DNA from: the human T2T-CHM13v2.0 reference genome, Homo sapiens
DNA: 64,000 nt
Strand: one strand, 5' to 3'
NCBI RefSeq assembly: GCF_009914755.1
Contig: NC_060936.1
Position numbers and translations under genes: made by a program. Shown here one piece after another: positions 61,621 through 64,000 of this stretch. Under the pieces are notes generated by a model. It saw nothing but the letters and a program-made list of their open reading frames with translations. It made no database searches and was not told the DNA's origin. Within the stretch, counting starts at the first letter, position 1; the number at the start of each line of letters is the position of its first letter.

Positions 61621-63310
61621 GCCCCTGTTACACCTCTGCCACCTCTGGTGCAAACATGTGCATGGACGCCAGCAAATCTGCCCTTCCCAGTGCCTCACCC
61701 CTGCTGCACAGTCACCACCACTGGCGGGAGCTTACAGAGAAATGTCACCACCCCACTCCCACCAGTGGCCATCTCAAGCCAATGTGCATGCACTTCATCA
61801 CACTGCTGTGGCTGCTGGCATGTGCAAGCAAGCATGTATCCCACTGCCACTGCCACTGTCACTGCCCTGATGAAGTACTTTGCCTGACACCCCCCCATCA
61901 GAGTGTTGTGACCTACAGACTGAGAACACCTCGGCCCCTCCAACACTACAGATTCCTAACCTCAAGGGGCCAGAGAACAAAGCAAGGGGCTTGGTCCCAG
62001 CCCTTCAGAGCCAAAGCACACATTCCAGGACTGCCAAGCTGAGCCATGGTCCCCTAAAATCTTCTAGAAGCAAAGCCAGCTGACTGAACCCACCTTATAC
62101 CACAATCAAATACCCAAGGGCATCAAAGAAGATAAAAGCAAAAAAACCCACCCAAAGGACAGCAACTACTAAGATTGAACAAACATCAGCTCACACAAAT
62201 GAGAAAGAGCCAGCACAAGAATTGTGGCAACTTAAAAAGCTGGATTGTCTTCCTACCTCCAAATGGCCACACTAGTTCACCAGCAGTGGTTCTTAATCAG
62301 GCTGAAGTTGCTGAAGTGACTGAAATGACAGGCACAGAATTCGGAATATAGATAGGAATGAAGATCACTGAGATTCAGGAGAAAGTTGAAACCCAATCTA
62401 AGGAAAACAATAAAATGATACAGGAGAGGAAAGATGAAATGGCCATTATAAGAAAGAACCAAACTAATTTAACAGAGCTGAAAATCTCACTTCAAGAACT
62501 TACAATACAATCACAAGTATTAACAGCAGAATAAACCAAGCTGAAGAAAGAATCTCAAAGCTCACAGACAGGTTCTCCAAAATAACTCAGACAGACAAAC
62601 ATAAAGAAAAAGAATAAAAATGAATGAACAAAACCTTTGGGAAATATAGGATTACGAAAAAAAACAAATTCTATAACTCATTTGCATTCCTGAAAGAGAG
62701 AGAGAGAAAGAAAGAAAGCAACTTGGAAAAAATATTTGAGGACATGGTCCGTGAAAATTTATTGAACCTTGCTTGAGAGGCTAATATTCAAATTCAGGAA
62801 ATGCAAAGAACCTTGTGAGATACTATACAAGACAATCATCCCCAGGACACATAGTCGTCAGGTTCTCCAAGGTCAAAATGAAGTAAAACATGTTAAAGAC
62901 AGCTAGAGAGAAGGGGCAGCTCACCTACAAAGGGAAGGTCATCAGGTAACAGCAGACCTTTCAGCAGAAACCCTGCAAGCCAGAAGAGATTAGGGCCCTA
63001 TATGAAGAATTCTTAATGAAAAGAAATTCCAACCAAGAATTTCATATCCAAGCAAGCTAAGCTTCATAAGTGAAGAAGAAATAAGATTTTTTTTTCAAAC
63101 AAGCATATGTAAGGGAATTTATTACCACCAGACATGCCTTAGAAGAAGTCCTTAAGGGAGTGCTAAATATGAAAGGAATGACTGTTACTGGCCTCACAAA
63201 AACACACTTTAGTACATAGACCATTGACACTATAAAGTAACTACAAATCAAGTCTGCATAATAATCAGCTAACAACATGATGACACGATCAAAACCCACA
63301 TATAAATATG
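61621..63310 (+). mobile_element. L1 (L1PB/late L1PA-like) 5' UTR, disrupted ORF1 and ORF2 start, 3'-truncated
   Basis: ORF1 start atgagaaagagccagcacaag at about 62199; TADLSAETLQARRD motif at about 62950; ORF2 start atgatgacacgatcaaaaccc at about 63278. Confidence 0.88.
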
Positions 63311-63379
63311 AACTTTTTTTATTCATCATATTTACTTTATTATTCTTTTGATGTAGACAAGGTCTATATTGATATTGTC

Positions 63380-64000
63380 TGTGTCTTCAGTGATATTGAC
63401 AATTTGTGTTTTCTTTTTTTTTTCCCTTGTGAGTCTTGCTAAAGATTTATTTTTTAAATCATTTTGAGGAACCAGACTTTGTTTCATTTATTTTTATTGT
63501 TTTTCTGTTTACAACCTAATTGATTTCAGTTCTGATCCTTATGATTTCCTTCCTTCTGCTTGCTTTGGGTTTATTTTGCTCTTTTTCTGAGTTCTTATGG
63601 TGGGAACTTAGGTTATTGGTCTGAGACTATTCCTCTTTTCCAATGTATGCATTTAGTACTATAAATTTTCGTCTATGTACTACTTTAGCAGTTTCCCATA
63701 AATTTTGAAATATTGTATTTTCATTTTAATTCAGTTCAATGAATTTTTATTTCCTTTCAGACTTCCTCCTTGACCTATGGATTATTTAGAAGTGTGCTAT
63801 TTAGTTTCAGTGTGTTTGTAGATTTTTCCTGTTTATTTTTCTGTTAATTGATTTCCAGTTTGATTATATTGTAGAGAACATGCTCTATAATTTCACAACT
63901 TTTAAATTTGTTAAGGTTTGTTTTACTGCCCAGAATATTGTCTCAAAATATATTCTGTTGCCATTTGAGTTCTGCTGTTGTTGGGGGAAGCGTTCTATAA
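63380..64000 (-). mobile_element. Old L1 ORF2 fragment, antisense
   Basis: gatttccttccttctgcttgctttgggtttattttgctc...ggattatttagaagtgtgcta...aaatttgttaaggtttgtttta. Confidence 0.85.

Noticed and set aside
61611-62083. Cluster of GC-richer overlapping ORFs
   Set aside because: Lies in an L1 5' UTR; no coherent protein.

Overview
This is primate (most likely catarrhine or hominoid) non-coding genomic DNA: it carries AluJ, AluS and AluY copies, L1/L2/MIR, MaLR and ERV LTRs, and DNA-transposon fossils. I see no host protein-coding exon, tRNA, rRNA or CRISPR array. The longer ORFs come from retroelements or low-complexity sequence. The centrepiece is an ERV cluster at about 35.9-48.7 kb. It holds a minus-strand, internally deleted ERV1 (MER4-group-like) provirus with two LTRs, an Arg-like PBS, a gag-MA remnant joined almost directly to protease, and an env-TM remnant (36944-40874). 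Head-to-head with it lies a plus-strand HERV-S/HERVL18-like provirus with two LTR18-type LTRs, a Ser PBS, a class III pol and a gamma-type env (42376-47979). That provirus and a MER51 solo LTR are both inserted in one MLT1 LTR. The strongest unexpected signal is a dense patch of G-to-A changes (Trp to stop, Asp to Asn) in the HERV-S pol, consistent with APOBEC3-type editing. Other observations: relic LTR boundaries, a SOX-OCT-bearing LTR9 remnant, two transposon junctions with mismatched flanks that imply deletions, and several templated-insertion scars. Family and subfamily names were assigned by eye from remembered consensus sequences and need RepeatMasker/Dfam confirmation. I found no convincing wholly new biological system.
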